Shown in pieces: positions 19,606 through 29,651 of a stretch of 64,000 nt of DNA. The notes below the pieces were generated by a model that searched no databases, had not been told where the DNA came from, and saw only the letters and a program-made list of their open reading frames with translations. Numbering within the stretch: position 1 is the first letter of the stretch; the number at the start of each line of letters is the position of its first letter. Origin of the DNA: an uncultured archaeon (GTDB lineage Archaea; Altiarchaeota; Altiarchaeia; IMC4; SCGC-AAA252-I15); the NCBI GenBank assembly GCA_964423225.1, contig CAYREE010000002.1, positions 10,278-74,277 of the forward strand, given 5' to 3'. Position numbers and translations under genes: made by a program.

Positions 19606-20730
19606 GTATTCGACTTCTTCTTCTGCTAGCTTATAATTGTCTATTAGCTCTTCTTTTGATAGCTTGTTTTTATCCAATAAGTGTTTGAATAATGGTATGA
19701 ATTCTTTCGATATTATCCTATGGGATGCATGTAGTATTGGCTTTAGTTTCTCAGAAATATTTTTCTCCATATTCCTCTTGCTTTTGGTGCGGCCCATTGA
19801 TGCGAAATATCCTGGGAACTGGTATCTAGTATAATTAATCTTTTCTGGACGTGAGGTATTGACTCCAGCGGTCATAAGTGTGTTCGCATATCTTAGGAAT
19901 CCCCAGTATTGGCGTCTCATTATCCTTCCGAGGAATATGTCTGCTCTAGAGAGGTTTTTTATGGATTCTGAAATTGAGTTTTTGTCTTTGTATAGATGTG
20001 GCATGTTTTCATCGACCCACCATATCACATCACGAGGCTGCTCACTAATATTCCACGTGGATTCAACAACTTCTTTGAGATCTCTACCACCGAATATAAC
20101 ACTTAATGCCCTGTATATGTCTGATTCTATATCTCTTTCACCTAGTATGTCCAAGTCTTTCTCACCTACCTTGTCCCTACCCTTGCAGATGGTTTCAAGA
20201 TCGTTTAGACTTGCTCTTATATCGCATTTTGCATTTTTTGCGATTGTTTCAAGAACGGTTTTCTCAACAGTGATTCCTTCCTTTGCACATATTTTCTCCA
20301 AGTGTTTTGAAACAGTACCCACCATCGGTTTTCTTATCTGTAGGCTACCACATTTTTTCTTTAACGTAGTTAATCGTTTTGACGAATAGTCTTCGGTTAT
20401 TAATATTGTCGGACTCCTTGTTGCATCAACAAATTTTGATACTGATTTTATGTCTTTGATCAAGTCAACATCTTCGACCAGCATTAGCTTCTTTCCACCA
20501 TATAGGCTGGAAGTAGATGATATTTCAACTGCATTTTCTATGTTATCATCGCTTACCTCGATTAGATCCCAGTTATTCTCCTTTGCGATAAGCTCGGCGA
20601 TAAGACTCTTCCCAATGCCTGGCCCTCCATATACTATCAATGGTTTACCATCCCATTTCTTTATGAATTCGACACAAGCCTTTCCTACAAACTCATCTAA
20701 TGACTCTGGTTTATGCTTGACAGTCCACAT
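19594..20730 (-). CDS. rfcL: Replication factor C large subunit-like AAA+ ATPase
   Basis: N-terminus W-x-KH/YKP-x-SLDE-VG followed by Walker A GGPGIGKS, as in archaeal RfcL. Confidence 0.55.
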   Translation of the reverse strand: MWTVKHKPESLDEFVGKACVEFIKKWDGKPLIVYGGPGIGKSLIAELIAKENNWDLIEVSDDNIENAVEISSTSSLYGGKKLMLVEDVDLIKDIKSVSKFVDATRSPTILITEDYSSKRLTTLKKKCGSLQIRKPMVGTVSKHLEKICAKEGITVEKTVLETIAKNAKCDIRASLNDLETICKGRDKVGEKDLDILGERDIESDIYRALSVIFGGRDLKEVVESTWNISEQPRDVIWWVDENMPHLYKDKNSISESIKNLSRADIFLGRIMRRQYWGFLRYANTLMTAGVNTSRPEKINYTRYQFPGYFASMGRTKSKRNMEKNISEKLKPILHASHRIISKEFIPLFKHLLDKNKLSKEELIDNYKLAEEEVEYLTS

Positions 20731-20806
20731 AATGTAAGAATATTGCAGGACACAGAATTAAATATGGGTAATTTATCTTATTTTTTTCCCTATTATCTTA
20801 GACAAT

Positions 20807-21964
20807 ATGGTAAAAGAGAGTGAATTCGGGCTGGGAGTTCCTGTATGCACGGCAGTTGATGCAGAAGGCAATGTTGATTTTAAGGCTACGGAACGGTATT
20901 GGCGTTATATCTTCCCAAAGGTCAACAAGCCTGTGATCCTGGATGAGTTCGGCCAGGGTGGGCGGATTATCAACCGGTCGGTTGATGATGCTAAACGCCT
21001 ACTGGATTTGGCAGTTGATGTCTGTGAGTATCCTGGGGACAGGCTTATTGTAGGGACAGGTAGTGAGTTGCTCTCTGCTACAAAGGCTCTTACATCATAT
21101 GCTTCAAGTAAGACAATACGTAGTGTTCTAGTAAGGAATCCTATACATTCTCAGTCAGAGTTGGTGAAATTTAGGTTTGACCAAGATCCGTTATCTGAAG
21201 AATATCAGAGACAATTGGTAAAATACCATAAGCTATTATTAAAGGCCATGTCCAAGGATACTGAAGCGTCATATATGATGAATATTTGCCCTGAATTGAC
21301 GGCAGGGGATTCTAGGGGATACATGCCAGCATCAGATCTAAGGCAGTTGAAGGAATATGCAGACTCTAGGGATATATATTTTAACGGTGGGAGGGTGACA
21401 CATCCTAACAAGTTTGCAGCACATGATTATGCTGCAGGAAGTGATGTATTGACTTTTCAGGTAGGATCCGATGACATGGTTCTTGACGTAATAGGCGATC
21501 GAGCCACAAGAACTTCCTTTAGGGGAGCTATCCTGGATCTTGGAAATCTTATCCCTGGATTCTTAGTCTCACATGTCAAGGATTGCCTCCAGGTTGGACA
21601 GCATAGATTCTTGCGTCGTGATCCCTCTGAGATTCAGGCTAAGCTGGATAGGGCGGAAGAAAACGACGGGAAGTTGAAGGAAGTACACAGACTACTATGG
21701 GATAACAACAAATGCTTCCAACAATTCACACATGCAGTACTTGGTCTAGGTCCAATAAAGGATGTTCCAACAGTAAGCGATGATAGGCTCGCGGACATTG
21801 CAAAAACTATCAGGCATATGGCGCCAGACATGGCGTATGAGATGGGCCAATACAACCAGAGGACTGAACTATCAAAATTGCTGATGGAAGGCCAGCCTGA
21901 GAGACTTAGGTCAATATCACCGCCCCTAGATCACACTCCGAGTTGGGTGCGTGCCGTTAGATAG
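20807..21964 (+). CDS. Hypothetical protein (385 aa)
   Basis: ORF with elevated GC. A faint DapA/NAL-like IVGTGS block is the only hint of a fold, so no call is made. Confidence 0.4.
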   Translation: MVKESEFGLGVPVCTAVDAEGNVDFKATERYWRYIFPKVNKPVILDEFGQGGRIINRSVDDAKRLLDLAVDVCEYPGDRLIVGTGSELLSATKALTSYASSKTIRSVLVRNPIHSQSELVKFRFDQDPLSEEYQRQLVKYHKLLLKAMSKDTEASYMMNICPELTAGDSRGYMPASDLRQLKEYADSRDIYFNGGRVTHPNKFAAHDYAAGSDVLTFQVGSDDMVLDVIGDRATRTSFRGAILDLGNLIPGFLVSHVKDCLQVGQHRFLRRDPSEIQAKLDRAEENDGKLKEVHRLLWDNNKCFQQFTHAVLGLGPIKDVPTVSDDRLADIAKTIRHMAPDMAYEMGQYNQRTELSKLLMEGQPERLRSISPPLDHTPSWVRAVR

Positions 21965-22011
21965 GGGTATACGGCCTATATTATTCTATTAATCCGAATA
22001 TCTAAGGAAAT

Positions 22012-23205
22012 ATGAAGCCTGTTAAGATTGTTAGGGATCCGATCCATGGTAATATTGGGTTAGGAGAGCTTGAACTAGCGCTTGTGAATACGCCTCAGAT
22101 GCAGAGGCTTCGGAACATCAAGCAGAATGGTTTATGTTATCTTGTCTATCCTTGTATGAATTCAACAAGGTTCGAGCATTCTCTTGGCGTCATGCATCTT
22201 GCCTCGCTTGCCGCATCATGGCTTGACTTGTCGGATGTTGACACCTCCGCGTTAAAGGCAGCTTGTCTGCTACATGATGTTGGTCACGGACCTTTTTCGC
22301 ATACGTCAGATCAAGTTCTTTCAAGGAGGGGTTTTCCTCATGAGGATAATTCATGCAAGATTATAAGGGATAGTGAGATCAGTGACATACTAAGTGAATC
22401 AGGTTTAGATCCGGAATTTGTAACAGGCTTGATAATGGGTGAGGGAAGTCTTGGCAATCTTGTTTCTTCGGAGATAGACCTTGATAAGATGGACTATCTG
22501 ATCCGAGATTCTTATTATGCTGGAGTAGCATATGGGGTGATAGATGTTGAACGCGTATTATACAGCTTAAAGCTTGTTAAAGATGATCTGGTCATTGATT
22601 CAAGGGGTCTTGAGGCTGTGGAATCCCTTCTAATAAGCAGAAACATGATGTATCAGACAGTATACAGGCATCATGCTAAGCGGATTGCAGAATCAATGTT
22701 TGTACATGCTCTTGAAAAAATGATGGATGATGGCCTTTCAATCATAGAGTTGTCTTTGATGGATGATATTTCTCTTATGTCGCTTATGAGGGATCAGAGC
22801 GGTTATGTCGGTGATATTATCGATCGTATTGATAGGCGTTGTTTGTTCAAGAATTTTTTTAGTGAAAAGATTATCAGTATGACTGATACTTTCAGAACTG
22901 AGTTGGAGGAGGATATATATTCTATTGAAGAGAGGATTGCAAAGGATTTCCAGGTTGATAAAGGATATGTTCTTCTAGATTATCCTGAGATCCGATTAAA
23001 TGAGTTTCACATGAAGATTGAAGTTGATGGTAGGCTCGAGTGGATATATGATGTTTCAACACTTGCTAAGGATCTTGAGAAATCAGAGCAAGAAAAGCTT
23101 TTATTCAACATATATGTTGCACCGGAACAAATCGAGAAGATGGATGACTTCAATGAAAACGAGTATATTGAATACTCTCAGACCAAATTGGACAAATTCA
23201 CTTAA
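22012..23205 (+). CDS. HD-domain phosphohydrolase (dNTP triphosphohydrolase-like)
   Basis: FEHSLGV...LLHDVGHGPFSHTSD matches the HD superfamily motif. Confidence 0.7.
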   Translation: MKPVKIVRDPIHGNIGLGELELALVNTPQMQRLRNIKQNGLCYLVYPCMNSTRFEHSLGVMHLASLAASWLDLSDVDTSALKAACLLHDVGHGPFSHTSDQVLSRRGFPHEDNSCKIIRDSEISDILSESGLDPEFVTGLIMGEGSLGNLVSSEIDLDKMDYLIRDSYYAGVAYGVIDVERVLYSLKLVKDDLVIDSRGLEAVESLLISRNMMYQTVYRHHAKRIAESMFVHALEKMMDDGLSIIELSLMDDISLMSLMRDQSGYVGDIIDRIDRRCLFKNFFSEKIISMTDTFRTELEEDIYSIEERIAKDFQVDKGYVLLDYPEIRLNEFHMKIEVDGRLEWIYDVSTLAKDLEKSEQEKLLFNIYVAPEQIEKMDDFNENEYIEYSQTKLDKFT

Positions 23206-23247
23206 TATTTATTGAATGATGAAAGATTATTATTAAGAGGTGATATT

Positions 23248-23370
23248 ATGGGCGAGCAAGAACCACAAGAGATTGAAAATGAACCTGATATGCGAAATAA
23301 AGAGAATATGACAATGATCGTTCTGACTATTGTATTTATCGCGATTATGGCATACATCTTTTTCGTATAA
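23248..23370 (+). CDS. Small single-TM protein (40 aa)
   Basis: MGEQEPQEIENEPDMRNKENMTMIVLTIVFIAIMAYIFFV. Strong SD AAGAGGTGA lies 4-12 nt upstream, and the ORF abuts rtcA. Confidence 0.4.
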   Translation: MGEQEPQEIENEPDMRNKENMTMIVLTIVFIAIMAYIFFV

Positions 23371-23372
23371 AT

Positions 23373-24365
23373 ATGCTTCTAATAGATGGAGGCTATGGAG
23401 AGGGAGGAGGCCAGATCATACGTTCTGCCATAGCTTTCAGCTGTATTACCTCCACTCCTGTCAAACTTATCAATATCCGGGCTAAAAGACGTAATCCTGG
23501 TTTGAGGCCCCAGCATGTGGCATGTGTTTCTTCTGTCGGACAGTTGTGTGACGCTGTTGTAGCGGATTGTTCTGAGGGTTCGGATTCTTTCACTTTTATT
23601 CCGGGTGAGATTAATGGGGGTTGTTATGATATTTTGATTGGTACTGCAGGTTCAGTCACCCTGGTTATCCAGTCATTATTACCCTTGGCATTGAAGATTA
23701 GTGAAGATATTAAATTGAGGATTTCTGGGGGAACGGATGTGAAATGGAGCCCCCCAATTGATTATCTTCAGAATGTGACATTAGAACTTCTTAGGCGAAA
23801 CGGTTTGGATGCTAGATTGAATGTGTTAAAGCGTGGTTATTATCCTAAAGGCGGTGGTTTAGTCGAGTTTGTCATGGGGCCGTCGGATATGGGAGAGATA
23901 ATTCTTGATACGCTAGGGGATATTACATCTGTGAATGGTTTATCTCATGCTCATATCGGTTTGAAAGATAGGAATGTGTGTGAGCGTCAGGCCGATGCTG
24001 TTCGGAAACTGTTATCTGATTATGATGTTGATATCGTGGACGAGTATGTTGAGACTAGTTCTTTTGGGTCGGGAGTAACACTCTGGGCTGGTGCTGGAAG
24101 CACTATTCTGGGGGCTGACCAGCTTGGGGAGAAGGGTGTTCGAAGCGAGGATGTTGGGGGAAGTGCGGCTAAGCGATTGTTGGATACGATTAGCTCTGGT
24201 GTAGTTGTTGACGAGCATATGGAGGATCAGTTGATACCTTTTCTGGCCTTGTGTGGTGGTAGTATCCGAGCAGAAAAAATCTCGTCTCATACTAGTACTA
24301 ATATATGGATTGCAAACCAGTTCGGTTTTAACGTAGTCTATGAAAATGGGTTTATCAAAGGATAA
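23373..24365 (+). CDS. rtcA: RNA 3'-terminal phosphate cyclase
   Basis: N-terminus LIDGGYGEGGGQIIRSAIAFSCIT and a length of about 330 aa are typical of RtcA. Confidence 0.8.
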   Translation: MLLIDGGYGEGGGQIIRSAIAFSCITSTPVKLINIRAKRRNPGLRPQHVACVSSVGQLCDAVVADCSEGSDSFTFIPGEINGGCYDILIGTAGSVTLVIQSLLPLALKISEDIKLRISGGTDVKWSPPIDYLQNVTLELLRRNGLDARLNVLKRGYYPKGGGLVEFVMGPSDMGEIILDTLGDITSVNGLSHAHIGLKDRNVCERQADAVRKLLSDYDVDIVDEYVETSSFGSGVTLWAGAGSTILGADQLGEKGVRSEDVGGSAAKRLLDTISSGVVVDEHMEDQLIPFLALCGGSIRAEKISSHTSTNIWIANQFGFNVVYENGFIKG

Positions 24366-24371
24366 TTTTTA

Positions 24372-24932
24372 TCAGAGTTTTTTTGAAATGATTTTTCTGA
24401 TATCTTCTTGCACCTCTTTTTTCGGACGATTTGTCTTGATTTTATGCATTTCTGGGAATTTCATGTAGTTGTCTCTTACTTTTTTTAGAAATTCTTGTTT
24501 TTCAAATATTTCACCGGTTGTCGTCCTATCCGCGCCTTGTTCAGCATTAACATCCAGTAGGATTATGATATCTGGTTTTACTGCATGTTTGTTTATCTCG
24601 AAGAGCCAGTTCCAGTCGACTCCCTGAGCGTTCTGATATGCGATTGTGGAATAGTAGTATCTTTCACATATTACATGTTTATCCTCTGCTATCGCAGGTT
24701 TGATTTTTTTTTCAAGATGCTCCATCCTATCTGCGGTGAAAAGCAGGGCTAGTGTGGTAGGGTCTACGACTTCTTTTCCTGCTAATACTTCCCGGATAAA
24801 TCTTCCTATCCTACTTTTCGTAGGTTCTGCAGTTAATATGGTATCAACATCTTTTTCCTCTAGCCATGATGCTAGATCTTTTGCATGGGTTGTTTTTCCA
24901 CATCCGTCGATGCCTTCAAATACTATGAACAT
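24372..24932 (-). CDS. tmk: Thymidylate kinase
   Basis: MFIVFEGIDGCGKTT P-loop. The ORF-track start at 25160 adds a 76-aa extension running over the divergent map gene, so the internal Met at 24932 is the likely start. Confidence 0.75.
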   Translation of the reverse strand: MFIVFEGIDGCGKTTHAKDLASWLEEKDVDTILTAEPTKSRIGRFIREVLAGKEVVDPTTLALLFTADRMEHLEKKIKPAIAEDKHVICERYYYSTIAYQNAQGVDWNWLFEINKHAVKPDIIILLDVNAEQGADRTTTGEIFEKQEFLKKVRDNYMKFPEMHKIKTNRPKKEVQEDIRKIISKKL

Positions 24933-24981
24933 GTTTGATCGTAATCTATTATCGTGAACGGTTTTTAATAGTATCCTCCAA

Positions 24982-25884
24982 ATGGTATATTCTATGGATG
25001 CTAAAGAGTTGGAAAAATATCGCAAGTCTGGTGCCATTGCAAAAGAAGTCCGTGAATGGAGTCGGAAACTTGTTAAAGAGGGGATGCCGCTTCTGAAGAT
25101 AGCCGAGGATGTCGAGGCTAAGATACGTAAGAATGGTGGTGATCTAGCATTTCCAGTCAACGTTTGTGTAAATCATATTACCGCTCATTATACTCCGAAA
25201 TACAATGATGAGACGGTTTTGGGAGCCAATGATGTTGTCTCAGTTGATTTAGGCGTTCATGTTGACGGATATATCGCTGATACTGCATACACAATCGATC
25301 TTTCAGGTGATTATTCCAAGATGCTTGAGGCTAACAAGGAAGCATTGGATAAATCGATTGACGTGATAAAGCCTGGAGTATCTGTTAGTAAGGTGGGTGA
25401 GATTGTTCAGAGTACTTTATCCTCAGCGGGTTTTAAGCCTATTGAAAATCTTACTGGGCATGAGGTTAAGCGTTATGACTTGCATGCTGGATTGAGTGTT
25501 CCAAACATTAAGGTACCCTATGACTGGGTGGTTGAAGAGGGTATGGTGTTAGCATTAGAGCCTTTCGCAACAGATGGTGCAGGCAGGGTTATAGAATCAA
25601 AGAATGCGGAGATTTATTCTCTCATCGATGAGCGTAGGATCAGGGATCGGGAGGCGCGCACATTGTTAAAGAGTATCCAGGATAGAGAAGAACTCCCATT
25701 TGCTGCTCGATGGTATTCTAAGAAGATCAGCCCCCTACGCTTAGGACTGGTTCTTCCAAAACTTTCTGCCGCCGATATTCTTAAGGCTTATCCGCCGCTT
25801 CATGAGAAGAATAAGGGTATTGTAAGCCAGTTCGAACATACTATTATCGTGACAGAAGACGGTTGTGAAGTAACGACTCAATGA
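24982..25884 (+). CDS. map: Methionine aminopeptidase, type 2 (archaeal)
   Basis: About 300 aa, pita-bread fold motifs and the typical archaeal MetAP length. Confidence 0.75.
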   Translation: MVYSMDAKELEKYRKSGAIAKEVREWSRKLVKEGMPLLKIAEDVEAKIRKNGGDLAFPVNVCVNHITAHYTPKYNDETVLGANDVVSVDLGVHVDGYIADTAYTIDLSGDYSKMLEANKEALDKSIDVIKPGVSVSKVGEIVQSTLSSAGFKPIENLTGHEVKRYDLHAGLSVPNIKVPYDWVVEEGMVLALEPFATDGAGRVIESKNAEIYSLIDERRIRDREARTLLKSIQDREELPFAARWYSKKISPLRLGLVLPKLSAADILKAYPPLHEKNKGIVSQFEHTIIVTEDGCEVTTQ

Positions 25885-25885
25885 A

Positions 25886-27142
25886 TTATTTCCCCAGCTT
25901 TTCTATTATCTCCTTTGCCTTATCTACCCTGACTTGTCCTGTTTTTACCATTTCTTCAGCTACTTTCTCAGCATTCTCCTCGCTTGCTCCAGCGCATATA
26001 GCTATGTTTCTGGCATGAAGCTTCATATGCCCCTTCTGTATGCCTTCGTCTGAGAGAGCTCTTATAGCAGCGAAGTTTTGTGCCAAGCCGACTGATGCGA
26101 TCACTTCAGCGAGTTCGCTGGCCTTCTCGATCCCAAGTATTTTTAACGATGTTTGTGCTGTTGGATGTGTTTTTGTCGCCCCACCTATTATCCCGATGGC
26201 TAGGGGGACTTCAATGGATCCTGCGAGGTCTCCTTCATCAGTTATCCAATACTTTGTGAGAGACTTGTAGCTACCGTCTCTTACTGCATATGCATGGCAT
26301 CCTGCCTCCACTGCTCTAGTATCATTACCTGTCGCTCTAACAACAGCGCTTATCCCGTTCATGACTCCCTTGTTGTGGGTTACTGCTCGGTATATGTCAT
26401 TGTCTGCGAATTCATATGCTTTGATAATCCTTGCGACTATATCTTTCCCACCTACTAATTCTTTTGAGAAGACGGCCTCTGATCTCACAGTTCTTTTTAC
26501 CGCATGGTTTGAGAGTATTCGTAGGATAACTTGCCCTCCTGTAATCTCTTCGATCGGGCATTTTAACGACTCGCACATTGTGTTTATCGCGTTGGCACCC
26601 ATCGCATCCTTTACGTCGGCTGTTAAGTGTATTATAAGCATTGGGTCTGGTGTGGTTGTAATAGGCCTTACTTCTATGTCTCGTACACCTCCGCCGAACT
26701 TGACGAGTATTGGATCCTGGCAGTTTGCAATCTCCATTAAATCATTTTTTTTATCCAAGATCTTTTTTCCTGCCTTCTTTATATCGCAGTCTATTACCTG
26801 TATCTGGCCTATCATCAATTGTTCGCTTGAAATTGACTTGAATCCTCCTTTTTCCCTTGCTATTCTTGCCGCATTGCTTGCTGCTGCTACTACTGATGGC
26901 TCTTCTGTTGCCATTGGTATGAGATAGTCTTTATTATTTATCTTGAAGTTGGTTGCAATGCCTAGGGGAAGGTTGAACATGCCGACGACGTTTTCAACCA
27001 TCTTGTCTGCGTTTTCGATGTTTATACCGCCTTTCTTGAGGTTTTCTAGTTCTTCATCTGTTAGTCCTACCTGTCTGCCTATCTCCTTTCTCTTCTCATC
27101 AATGGATTTCTTGTGGAATCCTTTAATCCTTGAATCGACCAT
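25886..27142 (-). CDS. hmgA: 3-hydroxy-3-methylglutaryl-CoA reductase
   Basis: ENVVGMFNLPLG, DAMGAN and a C-terminal catalytic His region. Mevalonate pathway. Confidence 0.8.
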   Translation of the reverse strand: MVDSRIKGFHKKSIDEKRKEIGRQVGLTDEELENLKKGGINIENADKMVENVVGMFNLPLGIATNFKINNKDYLIPMATEEPSVVAAASNAARIAREKGGFKSISSEQLMIGQIQVIDCDIKKAGKKILDKKNDLMEIANCQDPILVKFGGGVRDIEVRPITTTPDPMLIIHLTADVKDAMGANAINTMCESLKCPIEEITGGQVILRILSNHAVKRTVRSEAVFSKELVGGKDIVARIIKAYEFADNDIYRAVTHNKGVMNGISAVVRATGNDTRAVEAGCHAYAVRDGSYKSLTKYWITDEGDLAGSIEVPLAIGIIGGATKTHPTAQTSLKILGIEKASELAEVIASVGLAQNFAAIRALSDEGIQKGHMKLHARNIAICAGASEENAEKVAEEMVKTGQVRVDKAKEIIEKLGK

Positions 27143-27173
27143 CGTATTCTTTATAGTGGATACTTGATAATAT

Positions 27174-27977
27174 ATGCTTATGTCCGATAATGCAAATGAG
27201 AATTATGATCGGTTAATAGGTTTTTTCAAGGATTTTAACAGTGTTGTAGTAGCTTTTTCAGGGGGTGTGGATTCTAGCGTGCTTGCATCTATCGCATTCC
27301 AGGCTCTCGGAGAGAAAGCATTGGCTGTAACTCTTGTTTCTCCAACTTCGGATCCATCGGAGTTGGAGTCTGCTGATAGCATTGCCTCACTGATTGGATT
27401 AAACCATATAAAATACGATCATTCAGAGCTTATCGACGATGACTTCAAGTCTAATCCCTTTGACAGGTGTTATTATTGCAAGAAGATGCTGGCTTCTAAG
27501 ATAATCAAGATAGCTTCTGAAAAAGGATTTGATACTGTTGTGGAGGGAACTAATGCAAGTGAGCTTAAGGGTCATAGGCCGGGATTTAAGGCTTTGAAGG
27601 AGCTTGGTGTTGTTAGTCCGTTTGCAGAGCTTGGTATCGATAAAGATGATGTTAGGTCTATCGCTAAGTTCATGGGTCTGCCCAACTATGATAAACCCTC
27701 AACAGCGTGCCTTTCTTCTAGAATCCCTTATGGTACAAAGATAAGTGGAGAGATCCTTGAAATGATTGCTTTATCAGAGTCGTTTATCCGTGATTTGGGT
27801 GTGGATCAGGTTAGGGTTCGAGTGCTTGATGATGTTGCTGTGGTTGAGGTATTACCAGAATCATTTTCATTAATTGTCGATAATGGTGTTGAAATATCAA
27901 AGAAACTAAACCAACTTGGTTTTAAGAGGATTACACTTGATCTTGCTGGTTATAGGACTGGCAGTATGAATGATTAG
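27174..27977 (+). CDS. PP-loop ATP pyrophosphatase (LarE/TIGR00268-like)
   Basis: SGGVDS PP-loop and a conserved CYYCK. Confidence 0.6.
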   Translation: MLMSDNANENYDRLIGFFKDFNSVVVAFSGGVDSSVLASIAFQALGEKALAVTLVSPTSDPSELESADSIASLIGLNHIKYDHSELIDDDFKSNPFDRCYYCKKMLASKIIKIASEKGFDTVVEGTNASELKGHRPGFKALKELGVVSPFAELGIDKDDVRSIAKFMGLPNYDKPSTACLSSRIPYGTKISGEILEMIALSESFIRDLGVDQVRVRVLDDVAVVEVLPESFSLIVDNGVEISKKLNQLGFKRITLDLAGYRTGSMND

Positions 27978-27981
27978 TTGT

Positions 27982-28347
27982 TTACTCATAGAATGCTTCG
28001 TAGGCTTCGTAATCGTCAATACCGTAATCGTCTCCCCTATAGTCTGTTATCTCTATTTTTCCCTGTCCTCTGGGTAGAAGGTCTTTTTCTTTCTCATACA
28101 TGCATTTGCCTTTGAAGTAGAAATCACAGTAGTTACAGCATACACCCTTGTCCTTGCAGTACTCGTAATCCTGACAGTTTTTACAGCATTTCAATGATCT
28201 AGGCTTCCTTTTGATGGTTACCTGTTTCTTTGTAGACTTAGAAGGGGTCTTCTTCTTTGAAGATGTCTTAACCGCTTTTTTAGAATTAATGGTAGAAGCT
28301 TTCTTTTTTGCAGTTTTTTTTGGTATCTTTTTTTTCGGCATCACCAA
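27982..28347 (-). CDS. Small Lys-rich, Cys-rich protein (121 aa)
   Basis: N-terminal KKKxPKK tail (H1-like), a central CCxNCx6Cx5CCxYC...C cluster, and an acidic aromatic C-terminus. Confidence 0.45.
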   Translation of the reverse strand: MVMPKKKIPKKTAKKKASTINSKKAVKTSSKKKTPSKSTKKQVTIKRKPRSLKCCKNCQDYEYCKDKGVCCNYCDFYFKGKCMYEKEKDLLPRGQGKIEITDYRGDDYGIDDYEAYEAFYE

Positions 28348-28436
28348 CCCCAGTAACTTAAATGGTTTAAACTTATGTTGTTTTCATTTAAAAAATACCA
28401 TGTTTTTTTATCATATGAGTTTTTAGCATCCTATAT

Positions 28437-28880
28437 GTGATTACTAGTATGTATGAGATGGTTTCACTGAGCATCCTCACGATAATACTGGCTTCATTCG
28501 GTGTTTCTATAGCTGTTATAATACTTTTTTCAATGTATACCCCCTATCTTCTGGGCAGGTTGAAGGATGGCTTTGATTGTACTGGTTGTGGTAACTGCTG
28601 CAGATTTCGAAAAACACATCTGACTAAAGCCGATATAGATCGGCTTGAAAAATCAGGCAAGACCGGATTCCATGATAAGGCTGACAGGGAATCTATATTA
28701 AAACGTGTTAACGGTAGATGCATATTCCTCGTTGATGATAAATGCAGGGTCTATGAGCATAGACCCCAGGTTTGCAGGGAGTTCCCATTCTATGAGATGT
28801 ATGGTTGTTGGTGGGCGTGCAAATGCTCTATGTGCCCTGCCTTAGAGAAACTAGAGGAGAAATTAGACGATGAGTGTTGA
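28437..28880 (+). CDS. YkgJ-family Fe-S/Zn-chelating domain protein (CxxCxxCC)
   Basis: N-terminal TM segment followed by CTGCGNCC...C...C, as in PF03692. Confidence 0.6.
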   Translation: MITSMYEMVSLSILTIILASFGVSIAVIILFSMYTPYLLGRLKDGFDCTGCGNCCRFRKTHLTKADIDRLEKSGKTGFHDKADRESILKRVNGRCIFLVDDKCRVYEHRPQVCREFPFYEMYGCWWACKCSMCPALEKLEEKLDDEC

Positions 28881-29649
28881 TGTCATTGAAAAACATGTGA
28901 AGGATATAGCGTGGATTAGGGAGAAATTCCTATCTATGGATGATATGGCTAATCCTATCCTAGGAATCAAATCCTGGGATGATTCGGTATGCTTGGACTT
29001 TGAGGGAAGGCTTGTTGCATCAATAGATGGTCCATATGCTAAGAGACTGGTCATGAAGAGCGCACTCATCCATGCTGCAACAGATGTTGTAGTAAAGGGT
29101 GCAAGACCCTTATTTGCATTGGATAGTTTGGCTGGTCCCAAGAATGATGTTGAAGACATGGTGAATTCTCTAAAGGATCAGGCTTTGGCGATGGAGATCC
29201 CTGTACTGGGGGGTAATACGAAGATCGAGGATGTCGAACCGATTTGCAGTCTGACAGTTGTTGGAAAACTCTTATTGGATGAGCCTATCCGGGATGATGG
29301 TGTGAAGAAGGATGATGTTGTAGTCCTTATGGGCGAGCCCATCTGGGGAGAACAACAGGAGCGTATAGAAAAGGCAAAAGTTCTTTTTACTGCTTGGTAT
29401 AAGGCACTTGATACGGGTGTAAAGATCAATGCGTCCAAGGATGTCACTAAGGGTGGATTAGTATCTGTTGTCTATGAGATGGCTGAGAAAAGCAGTAGAA
29501 AATTCATTCTTGTTGATGATATCCCCTACTCGACTACCCGGAACCTGGACAATTTTATCCTCACACTAGCTGAATCTGAATATAAATCGCTTGAGAAGAT
29601 ATGCACTAAACATGATTGCAGATTGGTTAGGATCGGAACAGTCGGTTGA
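28870..29649 (+). CDS. AIR synthase-related (PurM-like) protein
   Basis: DDSVCLDF..LVASIDG, GARPLFALDSLA, VLGGNTKIE and DVTKGGL blocks of the PurM superfamily. Overlaps the YkgJ-like gene by 11 nt. Confidence 0.55.
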   Translation: MSVDVIEKHVKDIAWIREKFLSMDDMANPILGIKSWDDSVCLDFEGRLVASIDGPYAKRLVMKSALIHAATDVVVKGARPLFALDSLAGPKNDVEDMVNSLKDQALAMEIPVLGGNTKIEDVEPICSLTVVGKLLLDEPIRDDGVKKDDVVVLMGEPIWGEQQERIEKAKVLFTAWYKALDTGVKINASKDVTKGGLVSVVYEMAEKSSRKFILVDDIPYSTTRNLDNFILTLAESEYKSLEKICTKHDCRLVRIGTVG

Positions 29650-29651
29650 AC

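Noticed and set aside
24933-25160. 76-aa N-terminal extension of the thymidylate kinase ORF
   Set aside because: The extension runs across the start of the divergent map gene and lacks similarity to Tmk. The canonical MFIVFEGIDGCGKT start lies at 24932.
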